From a virus (Duplodnaviria > Caudoviricetes), in IMG/VR virus record IMGVR_UViG_3300025000_000055: 64,000 nucleotides of DNA; one strand, 5' to 3'. Shown here one piece after another: positions 10,439 to 21,543 of this stretch; position 1 is the stretch's first letter; each line of letters starts with the position of its first letter. The position numbers and the translations under genes were made by a program. Below the pieces are notes generated by a model. It had not been told where the DNA came from. It searched no databases and was given only the letters and a program-made list of their open reading frames with translations.

Positions 10439-12910
10439 TTACACTATAATTTTATTAACATAATAATTATTAACATCATTAATATCAATAATTAGTTTCT
10501 TGTTCTTTTTAATATTTAACTTTTCTTTTATAACAGAATCTATTTCTTCTAATTTGGGAAGATTAAAAAAATCATGACCTAAACTATTTAAATCACCTAT
10601 TAACATATTATCTATAAAGATTTTACCTATATCTTCTTTTTTATCTTTATCATCAATATCTTCAATATAATTTGGCAATTCCTTATTATTTTCTATAATT
10701 AATTTACCGATCATGGAATTAGGTTCAATATTAAAACAAATAATAATACTTGGATACATACTGGAAAACGTAATATTCACATAGATCGTTATTCTATGCA
10801 GTTCTCTTATGAACTTCCTTAGCTTTCACTAAGATACTAGACTATATCTTCATCCATTATATAATCGGTATAATGGAGCCTCCTATTTCGATTTAAGGGA
10901 TTTTCACCCACCTACTTAGGCCCTACTCCTAATGACCATTTCAGATCCAAAGGGATAGTCGTTGAACTTTATTCCTATAACTAGGAATCTTAGCTGCGGA
11001 TTACTCAATCTTTTTATTATAAATAAAAAGCTCTAAGAGCTTCCCCGACAATTAAAGAAGTTATTCAACATACATTACTATATGAGGGAACAAATTCATC
11101 CATATCAATAACATTGTCAAATATAAATTGACTTTTTTTACCTAAAATTTCAATACCAACATGAGAATTTAATAATGGGTTGGCAACTAAAGCTCCTGCA
11201 AATTTTTCATCTTCATCATCTTCGTTATTCTTGATTGTTTCTACACCATACTGAATATTAATGTTATTAGCTATTATTAACCCTTGCTTATAAAATTCTA
11301 TATATGCACGATTTTTTAAAAACGTTAAGTTCACATAGATCATTAGTCTATGCAGTTCTCTTATGAACTTCCCTAAGCTTTCCTTAGGATACCAGACTAT
11401 ATCATCATCTCATAGAGATGCTTCCTATTTCGATTTAAGGGATTCTCACCCACCTACTTAGGCCCTACTCCTAATGACCATTTCAGATCCAAAGGGATAG
11501 TCGTTGAACTTTATTCCTATAACTAGGAATCTTAGCTGCGGATTACTCAATCTTTTTATTATAAATAAAAAGCTCTAAGAGCTTCCCCGACAATTAAAGA
11601 AGTTTACAATACATATTACTATGTAAAGGGTCTAATTATTAAACCGTTTGTCTAAATACTTTTTTATAAGTTGTAGCATTAGTATATGAACGTTGATATA
11701 CATTATCAATATCATTAACTTTTCTTTCAATACCTAATTGAAGTAAGACGTCTTTAATATTATACATAACAAATTTTTTATAATTTCTATATGGTAAAGT
11801 TTTAATATTACCATCTTCACTATAATCTAATTTAGTATCACTAATTTCTTTTTCTGCAACATAAGTAAGAGCATTAGAACGTAATTCCGAAGCTCCTTTT
11901 CTTAAAGCACTGTATACTATCATTTGATCTAAAAAAACTGTATAAGATGATATTTTAAAATAATCACCTTTATTTGCTACTTTAAAATTTCTCATATCTT
12001 TTACAAACATTAATTCTTTTATATTAAAATCAGGATGACACATTATTTCTTTTGGATCTAAATTTAACTCTTTCATACGAGCTATTAAATATGGGACATC
12101 AAATCCGATATTCCAAATCATTAAGAAATCACGTTTAAGAGTATTTATTAATTTAAATGTATCTATCAACATTTCACTTTCATCTTCATACATATAAATA
12201 TTATATTTTAATACCCCATATGATTCATCAAATACTTTATGAAGCTCTTCTACAAAATTATCTATATCTTTTTTAAACTTTTCTATTTGAGGATTATTTT
12301 CATTTTCTAAAAGAAAAGTAAAACATGTGTTACTAGTTTCATCAATTAAAGTAATTGCATTAACTGGACATTCACCATCTTTAGGAAATCCAATTACTTC
12401 TATTGAATCAACTTCAATATCAAGATATGTCTTAGTTATAGGTTTAGGTTTATCATTATGATAATTTAATAACCATTGTATTCTATACCAATTTTCAATA
12501 TTATAATCTGAACCAAATACATATCTATATTTATGCAAATTATTAATAGCATACCTATTTCTAGTTTCCAACTTTTGTTTAATATAAGTTAAATATTCTT
12601 CACCTGCTTGTTTAGCTATATAAAAAGGTAAATCTTTATATTTAGTTCGGTGACACTCAGTTTCACTTAAAGGACTAAATGATTTATTATGTTGAAAATT
12701 TCTAAATTCTTCTTTTGTAAAATAAATATCCATCTCAGGTTCATCTATAGTTAATATGTGTTTTTCACCAGTATTTAAATCTTTATAAATAATATCGAGA
12801 CTATCTTTATACTTTCTTTCTTTATTAGGAAAATGGTAAATTGTTTCTAAAAACATTATGTTATCACTTTTCATCTTTCCAAGAAACTTCATTCTATAAA
12901 TCACCACCAA
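10439..12910 (-). CDS. Family B DNA polymerase, N-terminal subunit of a split enzyme, spliced (exons 12910-11642, 11322-11098, 10768-10439)
   Basis: Exonuclease motifs YLDIEVD, WNIGFDVPY and YNIKDV. Splicing restores RQTV|FLKNR and motif A VIDMD|FSSMYPSII. The product (about 607 aa) ends without motifs B and C. Confidence 0.9.
10769..11097 (-). mobile_element. Group I intron C (329 nt, no ORF) in DNA polymerase motif A
   Basis: Family P/Q/R/S core and tail GTGAATATTACG. Excision restores DMDFSSMYPS. Confidence 0.92.
11323..11641 (-). mobile_element. Group I intron D (319 nt, no ORF) in DNA polymerase
   Basis: Family core, P1 GGTT|...GACC, tail GTGAACTTAACG. The join is in frame. Confidence 0.92.
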
Positions 12911-13024
12911 TTGAAATATTTTTTTATTTAAAAATTTGTTATTAGAATAATTGAAAACTATATCAAAGCCTATTTATACTATATGAAATAATTAACAAAA
13001 CACAATAATAAAGGGGGTAATAAT

Positions 13025-14134
13025 ATGAATGATAAAAAATTATTTAATGTAAATATTAACTTACCAATAAAAGATAGTGAATTACTAGAAGGAATTCGTT
13101 CTTTAACCACATCAATACAACAAAAGAATGAAAAAAATAATTCATTTACTTTATCTTCAATAAATAATACTAAGAAAGAGAAGAAGAAAAAAAAGAATAA
13201 ATTACATGATATAGAATTAATGGATGGTGGAGAAATAAAAAATATATCAGATAATGAATCTAATGAAAGAAATGAAGAAACTAATTTAATAGATTTAGAT
13301 GAATTACTTAGGGATGACGACGATGATGATATAGGAAATATAATTATTAGTGAACAAGGGAGAAATTATAAGAAATTAAAAGAAAAGGAAGATTATAAGA
13401 AAGAATTTGCTGAAGAATTGACTCTATTATATAAATTATTAGATGAAACTAATGTATTTGGTAAAGAATTAGAAAAAAAATATAAAAGTTTAGATGGGAC
13501 TAAAGTTAGAGGTATTAATAAATTCGTTTTTGATTTAGGCTTATTAGTATTAAACTCTAAACAAAGTAAATTAAATATATTAAAAGAAATTTCATCAGTG
13601 AAAAAATCTATTATTGATCTTAAAATTAAAGCTGATGGTAAAAAGGATGCTATCCAAAATACTTTATCATCAGAACATTTAGCCTCAGCTTATCTTAAAA
13701 ATGTTGTTAATTTTGGACGTTCTGATTTTATAAAAGAATTGAATAATAAAGATACTTATAGTGGAATAGTAGAATCAATAAATTCAGATGATAATCATAT
13801 AGAAGGTTATAATGAAAATGAATTTAAAACTTATAATGATTATATTGCTTCTAGATTAGAAAATGAAAATAATCCTTTTAGAAGTAGTGATGGTAGTAAA
13901 TATATTGAATATGAAAATTTAGAAGTAAAACTTCATATAAAAAAATGTGTTGATACTGGGGAATGGGAATTCATTGCATTAGATAAGGATAAACAACAAA
14001 TATTTGATTATCCAGTACCAACTAAAAGAGATGTAGGTAAGATGAAATTTAGTCCTGATGGGTCATATGCAACTGATTCAAGAGGAAGGAGTTATAGAGT
14101 AACAGAGTATTTTTCTAATATGAATGAAGATTAA
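13025..14134 (+). CDS. Hypothetical protein (late-promoter driven)
   Basis: 369-aa ORF with GGGGG RBS and AACA-N6-TA at 12999-13010. Confidence 0.75.
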   Translation: MNDKKLFNVNINLPIKDSELLEGIRSLTTSIQQKNEKNNSFTLSSINNTKKEKKKKKNKLHDIELMDGGEIKNISDNESNERNEETNLIDLDELLRDDDDDDIGNIIISEQGRNYKKLKEKEDYKKEFAEELTLLYKLLDETNVFGKELEKKYKSLDGTKVRGINKFVFDLGLLVLNSKQSKLNILKEISSVKKSIIDLKIKADGKKDAIQNTLSSEHLASAYLKNVVNFGRSDFIKELNNKDTYSGIVESINSDDNHIEGYNENEFKTYNDYIASRLENENNPFRSSDGSKYIEYENLEVKLHIKKCVDTGEWEFIALDKDKQQIFDYPVPTKRDVGKMKFSPDGSYATDSRGRSYRVTEYFSNMNED

Positions 14135-14137
14135 AAA

Positions 14138-14179
14138 AATAAGATAACTGTGATGACTTATCATCACAGTTATCTTATT
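14138..14179. terminator. Bidirectional terminator
   Basis: 19-bp inverted repeat AATAAGATAACTGTGATGA/TCATCACAGTTATCTTATT between convergent genes. Confidence 0.7.
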
Positions 14180-14201
14180 TACTTATATAATAAATAAACT
14201 T

Positions 14202-15098
14202 TTATTTATTCATTTTTTCTAATAAATCAAGTAGGTGATTTTCACATAAAACTTGTTCACAATTATCACCACCATTATTATAGAAAACTTCTACGAATGC
14301 ATTATTATCACAAAATGAATCATTATTACAAACCCAACATTTTGGATTACTTTCATTAACCTTCAGAATTTTACTTAATAATAAAAATTTATTAGTATTA
14401 GGTACCATTATTCTAATAGGCCAATTAGCAGTTGGTTCTTTTTTTATATATTTTATTATGCATTTATTACATAAATCCCAACATTTTTTAGTCGTTGACA
14501 TTACACTTTTTATTGGTTGTAAACAACAAGATCTACAAACAACAGTAGATTTATTAGTTTCAATAGATTTAGGATTATTCTCAATAAAAGCTTCTAATAA
14601 TTGACCGGAATTTTCTCGTATATAATTATTTACATTAAAATATATATCTTCAATAAAACCATTATCAAGACTCCTAAAACCAGTCCTTATTGGATAGACA
14701 TTGGAGGTATTATCACCTTTTTTAATAAAAGTAAATTTCCACCCAAATGTGAGAATAAATAAATTTAACCAATCAAATAAACCGAGTTTAATAAATTGGT
14801 CCCAATATTTACATGAATCTTTATCCATATCTAAACTTCTTTTATCATATATAAAACTTATTTTTAATTTAGTATATTCTTGATTTAAAAATCTAGTAAC
14901 TTTCTCATAACCTTTAGTGTTACTTTCTTCACTAAATCCCCTGTATTTAACTCTCTGTGGATATACTTTTGTTATCTTTTTGTCATCATTAACATTAACA
15001 ACAATAGCCCAACCAAATACATGAAGATTCATATTAGTATACCAAAGTAATCCACTATCTCTAAATTCCTGCCAAGCATTTTGAACTTGTTTATCCAT
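14202..15098 (-). CDS. Hypothetical protein with two copies of a W..F...GL...FGW domain plus Cys-rich Zn-finger-like motifs
   Basis: Internal repeat visible in the translation. C-terminal CRSC, CNKC and CWVC motifs. Confidence 0.7.
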   Translation of the reverse strand: MDKQVQNAWQEFRDSGLLWYTNMNLHVFGWAIVVNVNDDKKITKVYPQRVKYRGFSEESNTKGYEKVTRFLNQEYTKLKISFIYDKRSLDMDKDSCKYWDQFIKLGLFDWLNLFILTFGWKFTFIKKGDNTSNVYPIRTGFRSLDNGFIEDIYFNVNNYIRENSGQLLEAFIENNPKSIETNKSTVVCRSCCLQPIKSVMSTTKKCWDLCNKCIIKYIKKEPTANWPIRIMVPNTNKFLLLSKILKVNESNPKCWVCNNDSFCDNNAFVEVFYNNGGDNCEQVLCENHLLDLLEKMNK

Positions 15099-15113
15099 TA
15101 TTAATAACCCCCC

Positions 15114-15707
15114 TTATTTATAATAAATATTAAGTTTTACATTTTTTGGATTAACTGGGTAATTATATAATAATTTTAATGAAGTTAACCAATTATTCAT
15201 TTTCTTTTCGTTAATTTCATTGATAATATCCCTAAGATTATCATCAATAAAATAGTAATTAAGTCCATATGTCTTAATTCTAATTGGTATAAACAAAATA
15301 TTATCTTTATTATAATAAATAAGTTCCCAACCAAAAGTTTTTAATATTGTATTAATATAATTTAGAGTTCCATCAAAAATAAAACTATACCAATAGTCCT
15401 TATCATCTAATTTTGACTTTTTCTTGGTTACGAAAACTTCAAATAAATTTTTATTCCATTTATATTTTAATTCATAATTAAAAATATTTTTATTTACTAT
15501 TTGTAACATATTATTTTCTATGAATTCATCCCAAAGAGTATTAATTGTTAGATTATCATATTTTGTTTTTTCATAAACTTTACATACATATTCTGGTGAT
15601 TTAAATTCATTAAACTTTTTTATTATGGAGTTATACCATAATTTATTATATTTTTTAAGTGACTTAATTTCACATGTTTCTGTTCGTTTATAAAATTGTA
15701 GTCCCAT
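15114..15707 (-). CDS. Hypothetical protein (FGW-domain paralog)
   Basis: Contains YWYSFIFDGTLNYINTILKTFGWELIY, similar to the repeats in the neighbouring gene. Confidence 0.65.
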   Translation of the reverse strand: MGLQFYKRTETCEIKSLKKYNKLWYNSIIKKFNEFKSPEYVCKVYEKTKYDNLTINTLWDEFIENNMLQIVNKNIFNYELKYKWNKNLFEVFVTKKKSKLDDKDYWYSFIFDGTLNYINTILKTFGWELIYYNKDNILFIPIRIKTYGLNYYFIDDNLRDIINEINEKKMNNWLTSLKLLYNYPVNPKNVKLNIYYK

Positions 15708-15727
15708 AATAAATCACACCCCTCCCA

Positions 15728-16141
15728 TTATTCCAAAGTCTTTAAAAAATCAATTAATTCATTAGTATATTCACCTCTTGTATAAATCATTAATTGACCA
15801 GTTTCATCATTTCTAAGCCAAATATATCCTTTTTTACCTATTATTCTAGATAATGTATCATAATATTCTTGACATTTATTAAGCATTTCAATCTGTACAT
15901 CTTTCATATTATTCATTTTCTCATTTACATTAAGATTTGGTTCGTGGAAGTATAAAGTATCATTTTCTCTACAATACCCACATATACACCCCCATGGTTT
16001 TTCTGTTAAATTTATTATTGACGATTTATATTTTATAGGTAAATGTAAATTAGGTCCTATTCCACCATAACAAATATTATCAATATCTTGTTTATGAACT
16101 AAAACGGTGTTTTCATTTGTTGAAACCAATTCATAATTCAT
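15728..16141 (-). CDS. Hypothetical protein with KPWGCICGYC motif
   Basis: 137-aa ORF sharing a ~55-bp segment with the upstream gene. Confidence 0.65.
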   Translation of the reverse strand: MNYELVSTNENTVLVHKQDIDNICYGGIGPNLHLPIKYKSSIINLTEKPWGCICGYCRENDTLYFHEPNLNVNEKMNNMKDVQIEMLNKCQEYYDTLSRIIGKKGYIWLRNDETGQLMIYTRGEYTNELIDFLKTLE

Positions 16142-16145
16142 GTTT

Positions 16146-16537
16146 TTACCTTCTTTTATAATTTATTTTTATATCATCAGTTATTTTTCCAAGATAATTT
16201 CCTAACTCTTCAACACTCATATTTGAAATAGATATTTTATCTAATTCATCTTGTATTATTTTTATTACTTGAGAGAGATTAAAACCTTCATGAAAATATA
16301 AAGTATCATTTTCTCTACAATACCCACATATACACCCCATGGTTTTTCCGTTAGAAATATGGGGAATGAAGTAGATTTATTATTATTATTTATTCCTATT
16401 AATAAATCTTCATCTTTTTTAGATAGTAAATCAGTATTCTTAACTTTAAATTTTATTAATTGTTCATTAATATCTGTCGATTTCTTTTCAATCTCAACTG
16501 CATAAATTTGATTTTCTGGTATTTTAAAATAATTCAT
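16146..16537 (-). pseudogene. Frameshifted paralog (ORFs 16265-16537 and 16146-16340 form one gene)
   Basis: The C4 run at 16335-16338 is C5 in the paralogous copy (15989-15993). Adding one base gives FLTEKPWGCICGYCRENDTLYFHE in frame. May be a sequencing error. Confidence 0.6.
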
Positions 16538-16926
16538 AATAAAACAAACCTCCTTTATATTTTTTATCTACTTCTATAATATATATTTATTTTTATTTAG
16601 AGAAATAACCACCGCATTTTATACATTTATAAATATTTATATTACCATAACTTTTATGTTCTTTTTTAATGATATTATGAATTTACGAAATTTTGAACAT
16701 TCACACTGATTAAAATTTTTCAGTAATTGTAATTCTTTTTTATAGAATTTTAAACGGTCTTCTTCTCTCATAATCAGATCAATTCCTGAATCTGTTATAT
16801 GACACCAAGGATAACTAGATATTCTATAGTGAGCATTTAATGAACCCCCTGAGTTATTTTAAGTTTATTATCAAATATACTAATAATTTTATTCAGTTAA
16901 TAAAACCCCCTATCACTAAAATTTTA

Positions 16927-19587
16927 TTATTTAAAAATTATGTTTTTATTCTTATAATTATCTAATTCAACATCAGATGTTAATATTAAATCAACTGGAT
17001 AACTATCAAACATGTTATTATGTGTTATCATGAATATTTGTTTAGCATTTATAGTATCAAGTTGTTTCTCCAATATATTAAGAAACATAATTCTATTTTT
17101 TTGATCTAAAGTAGCATCAATTTCATCTAATAACATAATATTATATTTCTTTATAGATTGCTCAATTAAAGCAAAAGATAAAGCTACTGAAACAAAACTT
17201 CTTTCACCCTGAGATGTATATATAATATCATTAATTCTCATACTATTTTTAATATAAGGAATCTTAAATTCCTTTTCATTAATTTCAAAATCATCTATTT
17301 CTAATTCACCCTTATAAACTATATCTAATAGATTATTAACAATCAATTTAGTATTCTTTAAATATAATTGAATGAATAATAAAGGTATACCTTTATTAGA
17401 TGATAACGATTCTTTAATTATTGAAATTTCATCAAATTGTTCCTCAAGAATATTTCTTTCTTTATTTAATGATTTAAATTCTCTTAATTTAAACTTAGTA
17501 TTGTTGATTTCATCTTCTATCTTTTTTATCTGTTTATCATATTCAATTATCTCTCTTTTATAAGCATTTATCTTATTAAAATAAACTTCAGTTTCTTGAA
17601 GTTTATTTCTTTTATCTGTAACATATTTATTAATATCAGTATATCTATTTTCTAATATTACTAATCCAGTATTTAATCTATCATAAGATATAAATAATTC
17701 CTTACTTATATTATATCTTTCAATATTATTATTCAATTGAATATTTCTATCTTTTAAATTATTTATTTGATTATCTAATAAAAAAATTTCTTCATTAATC
17801 TTATTTATTTCTTCTTGTAAAACTTTTAATGATTTAGAATTCTTTTCTATAAATATCATTTCTCTTTTAATTTCTTTAATTTTATCATTAATAGATAAAT
17901 ATTCTTCATAGTCTTCTAATACACTAATATATTCAGTAATTTTCTCTTCATTATAAAATGTAACATACTCTTTAATACAATTAAGAAGATTGTTAATATT
18001 AAAAAATTCTTCTGGTAATTTATCTAATAAATCTTTATTAGTTTTAATTAATAAATAAATATAATTCATATTCTTACCAACAGCATCCATAGCTAGATAA
18101 TACTCTCTTCTAGTTTCAAGTTTAATATTTTCTTGATTAATTTTTTCTATAGGTGTTTCTGTCTTAGATGAATATCTATTATAAAAATTGATATAAGAAC
18201 ATTCTTTATTTTTACAACCAGGAACTTTAAACATAATAAATAATCCCTTATTAGTTAAACCATTTTCATTAAGACTTATGAGTTTAATATTATTTTTAGT
18301 CATTTTATCATCAATTCTAAGAATATTTTCTTTAACTATAACATCTAAATTACTTTTATTTATTATATAATTAATTACTTCAATTACAGCATTAGAGTTA
18401 AAAGTATATATATTAGAAATAATATTATTAATTTCTTGCATTAGTCTTAAAGCTCTTAATAATTCTTCTTTAGTACATTTAGGTTTAAAACCTTTAAATA
18501 TTTTTTCATATTTAATTTGTTTATTATTTAACTCTATATAAAAATCATTTAACTTAATATATTCAACTTCAGATATAAGATATTTTAATTCATTATTAAA
18601 GTCTTCTCTTTTTAAATAAAGTTTATCCAATTGAGTAATATAAAAACTAATCATATTTTTATTAGATTCAACTTCATTATTAGATTTAGATATTTTATTA
18701 TCTAAATCTTTTATATTATCAGAAATATCTCCTATTATAATAAGATTAATTTTATTCTTTTTCTTTTGAATAGATTGAATTTCACTATATATATCTTTTA
18801 ATAAATTAATATGATAATTTAAATCATCATTAAATAAATCTATAGAATCTGGTATTATAGATTCTATTATAGTATTATATTTCCATACTAACCCTATATT
18901 ATTCTCTCTACGTTCCTTTAACTTATTTAGTTCTAATTCTAACTTATTTATTTCATCCTTTAAATCACTAATGTCAATAACTCTTAGTTTATCTATTTTA
19001 TCAACAACTGACTTTAACATAATTCTTAATATTTTACTATCTTCATTTATCTTCTTAAAGAATTGAGAATATATATCAATATCAGATAATAACTCTGATG
19101 TAAATCCTTTTCTTTCAGTTGCTTTCATATCAATAAAATTAGTTACATTAGAACCTAATCTAATTAACTTTAAGAAATCTAATTCTAATAAAAACTCCAT
19201 TAAAATATATTCTTTAAATGAATTAATATTACCGTTAGGATTTAATTCAATACCATTTTTAGAAATAAAACTTTTAACACTAATTCCATTTTTAGAATTA
19301 ATATAGTGGTGTTTAATTATATATAAAATATTATCATCTTCTATATGAATTTCTTTATAACCATTTTCACCTTCTATTATTAAATTACTATTATTTCTAA
19401 CATCCATATTACCAGGATATGGAAAAGGATGTAAATGACTTATTAAAGAGGTTTTACCTGAACCATTATTACCAACTAAAAGAATAACTCTATTTTTTGA
19501 TTTAGATAAATCAATTTCAATAGTCTTTCTTTTCATAGCAGAATAAATACTAGCCATATTTTTTAAACATAAATAAACTATTCTCAT
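16927..19587 (-). CDS. sbcC: SbcC/Rad50-like SMC-family ATPase
   Basis: Walker A GNNGSGKT, long coiled coil with a central CxxxxC hook-like motif, signature SQGE, Walker B LLDEID, and ITH motif. Confidence 0.9.
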   Translation of the reverse strand: MRIVYLCLKNMASIYSAMKRKTIEIDLSKSKNRVILLVGNNGSGKTSLISHLHPFPYPGNMDVRNNSNLIIEGENGYKEIHIEDDNILYIIKHHYINSKNGISVKSFISKNGIELNPNGNINSFKEYILMEFLLELDFLKLIRLGSNVTNFIDMKATERKGFTSELLSDIDIYSQFFKKINEDSKILRIMLKSVVDKIDKLRVIDISDLKDEINKLELELNKLKERRENNIGLVWKYNTIIESIIPDSIDLFNDDLNYHINLLKDIYSEIQSIQKKKNKINLIIIGDISDNIKDLDNKISKSNNEVESNKNMISFYITQLDKLYLKREDFNNELKYLISEVEYIKLNDFYIELNNKQIKYEKIFKGFKPKCTKEELLRALRLMQEINNIISNIYTFNSNAVIEVINYIINKSNLDVIVKENILRIDDKMTKNNIKLISLNENGLTNKGLFIMFKVPGCKNKECSYINFYNRYSSKTETPIEKINQENIKLETRREYYLAMDAVGKNMNYIYLLIKTNKDLLDKLPEEFFNINNLLNCIKEYVTFYNEEKITEYISVLEDYEEYLSINDKIKEIKREMIFIEKNSKSLKVLQEEINKINEEIFLLDNQINNLKDRNIQLNNNIERYNISKELFISYDRLNTGLVILENRYTDINKYVTDKRNKLQETEVYFNKINAYKREIIEYDKQIKKIEDEINNTKFKLREFKSLNKERNILEEQFDEISIIKESLSSNKGIPLLFIQLYLKNTKLIVNNLLDIVYKGELEIDDFEINEKEFKIPYIKNSMRINDIIYTSQGERSFVSVALSFALIEQSIKKYNIMLLDEIDATLDQKNRIMFLNILEKQLDTINAKQIFMITHNNMFDSYPVDLILTSDVELDNYKNKNIIFK

Positions 19588-19661
19588 AAGTTCACCTCCA
19601 AAAAGATAAAAAAATAATAAACTAATAAAATTAGTCTATTATTTTGTTAATTTAGTAATAA

Positions 19662-20636
19662 TTATTTAATTCTTTTTACTCCAGATTCTATAAATATACC
19701 TGTTATTATATTATTAGGTTTTTCTTTTGCTTTAATATATCCGTATTCTTTCTTTTCAGAAATTTTATGATTAAGTCCAGCATAAATACCATAATCATTT
19801 CCAGATTTAATAATACCTTTAGAATCTATAAATCCACCAGATTTAATAAAATTCTGTGCTATGATATTACCAAATGAAATTATATTTTGTTCGGTAACAA
19901 TACTTTCTTCAGCTTCAATAAAATCATTAGCTTTTATAAAACATTGCGAATAAATACCCCCTTCAGTAGTTCTAATAAAACCAGTAGATAAAATTGCTCC
20001 CTTTATAGTTCTAATTCCTTCATCTGCTTCAATATTATTACACATAATATCATAATTTACATCTATATCTAATTCAGATTTTATATTCTTTTTAGAAAAA
20101 AGAGTGCCTCCACATTTAATATCAATAGATTCAATATTACCAAATGAAATTATATTATTGCTAACATTGAGTTCATCAAGACACATAATATTACCTAAAG
20201 CAAATACTGTCCCTTTACAAATAATTTTTTCTGCAATAATATTTCCAGTAACAAAAATATTTTTAGATACATTAATTTCATCAATAACATTTAAATTCCC
20301 ATTAACAAAAATATTATTATCAGTTATTAAATTTTGTAGTTTATTATTTCCATTATTATTAGTAATAACATCTTTAAAATCATACATAAGTTTTATAAAA
20401 CAATCTAATGGATCTATTAATTGATGTTCTTCTTTAAATAAAATATTAAATATATCAGAAAGTTGACCACCTTCAGGAAATCTATCCATAAACCATGAAA
20501 GAAAATTATTATATATTTGAACATGTTGTAAAACACCAAATATTTCATTTTCTTTATTAAATCGTATTTTTATAAAATATTTAAGAAAATCATCATACTC
20601 AGTTTTTTCTTTTAACATATCAATTGTAATTTTCAT
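19662..20636 (-). CDS. Beta-helix repeat protein (bactofilin/polymer-forming-like)
   Basis: Periodic GNI/I.A.G.I repeats over about 200 aa. Confidence 0.55.
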   Translation of the reverse strand: MKITIDMLKEKTEYDDFLKYFIKIRFNKENEIFGVLQHVQIYNNFLSWFMDRFPEGGQLSDIFNILFKEEHQLIDPLDCFIKLMYDFKDVITNNNGNNKLQNLITDNNIFVNGNLNVIDEINVSKNIFVTGNIIAEKIICKGTVFALGNIMCLDELNVSNNIISFGNIESIDIKCGGTLFSKKNIKSELDIDVNYDIMCNNIEADEGIRTIKGAILSTGFIRTTEGGIYSQCFIKANDFIEAEESIVTEQNIISFGNIIAQNFIKSGGFIDSKGIIKSGNDYGIYAGLNHKISEKKEYGYIKAKEKPNNIITGIFIESGVKRIK

Positions 20637-20662
20637 TTTAATTTAAAACCCCCATATATAAA

Positions 20663-20941
20663 TTATTCAATTGGAATCAAAATTATGGCAGGTATACCTC
20701 TAGGTTTATCGGGACATAAATCTTTTTCAGAGAATCCTTGCGCTATTAATTTATCAGATAATTTCCTGATATAAGTTTGACCTGCACGTTTATTATGAGG
20801 ATGTGCTAAATAGACACATTTCTTTATTTTCCCTAATGGTTTTTTATCACCAGTACCATCAGAATCTTTCTGTAATACAATGATGTCATTATCATTATAC
20901 GGTTTCAATAATTTAATTAAATCTTTTTTTCTTATATACAT
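20663..20941 (-). CDS. Hypothetical protein
   Basis: ATG 20941 follows a GGAGG RBS (ORF track start 20983). Confidence 0.6.
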   Translation of the reverse strand: MYIRKKDLIKLLKPYNDNDIIVLQKDSDGTGDKKPLGKIKKCVYLAHPHNKRAGQTYIRKLSDKLIAQGFSEKDLCPDKPRGIPAIILIPIE

Positions 20942-20963
20942 TAAAAAGAATCCCTCCATAAAT

Positions 20964-21257
20964 TTATTTTTTATATATGTCAAATTTATTAATCAAATCT
21001 CTTGCAATTTTATTAACTGTAGGAGAATTAATTCTATTACAATTAAATTCAATGTTATATTCATCGGCAATTGGTTTTTCTGTAATATAATAATATCTAC
21101 AAATTTCATAAATAGGACACACTTTATATATTTTATTCTTATAAAAATAAACTATTAATTCTTTTTTACAACGTGGACAATATATAGAATTATTTGGAAT
21201 TCTTGCACTTGGTTTATCATTTTTAATAATACTGAATAAATTTATAAATCGTCCCAC
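20964..21257 (-). CDS. Small Zn-ribbon protein
   Basis: CPRC...CPIYEIC motif. GTG start. Confidence 0.55.
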   Translation of the reverse strand: MGRFINLFSIIKNDKPSARIPNNSIYCPRCKKELIVYFYKNKIYKVCPIYEICRYYYITEKPIADEYNIEFNCNRINSPTVNKIARDLINKFDIYKK

Positions 21258-21276
21258 CTTATCTTAAATATGTTAT

Positions 21277-21429
21277 TTATATTTTAATATCAATAGTTAA
21301 ACCACCACTACTATTTCCAGGTGATTTTTTATCTTTTTTCTTACCTTTTTTTTCTACTTTCTTTTGAAACTTTTCTAACATACTAAATACATCATCAATA
21401 CAAAAATTATCAATGTCTATTTTAGCCAT
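21277..21429 (-). CDS. Small hypothetical protein (50 aa, below the ORF-track cutoff)
   Basis: AAGGAG RBS, ATG 21429, MAKIDIDNFCIDDVF...LTIDIKI*. Early motif just upstream at 21461. Confidence 0.5.
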   Translation of the reverse strand: MAKIDIDNFCIDDVFSMLEKFQKKVEKKGKKKDKKSPGNSSGGLTIDIKI

Positions 21430-21543
21430 ATAAAACACTCCTTTTTTATTTTATTTAAATAATAATATATATTTATATATGATTTTGTTGTTGAAATAAT
21501 AAAAAATAAATCTAAGAAATCATTCTTAGATTTATTAAATTAA

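Noticed and set aside
16640-16900. Possible 86-aa gene between sbcC and 16537 needing a CTG start and a G5-to-G6 correction at 16845-16849
   Set aside because: It needs two special assumptions and there is no paralog to confirm the frame. Not supportable without reads or homologues.
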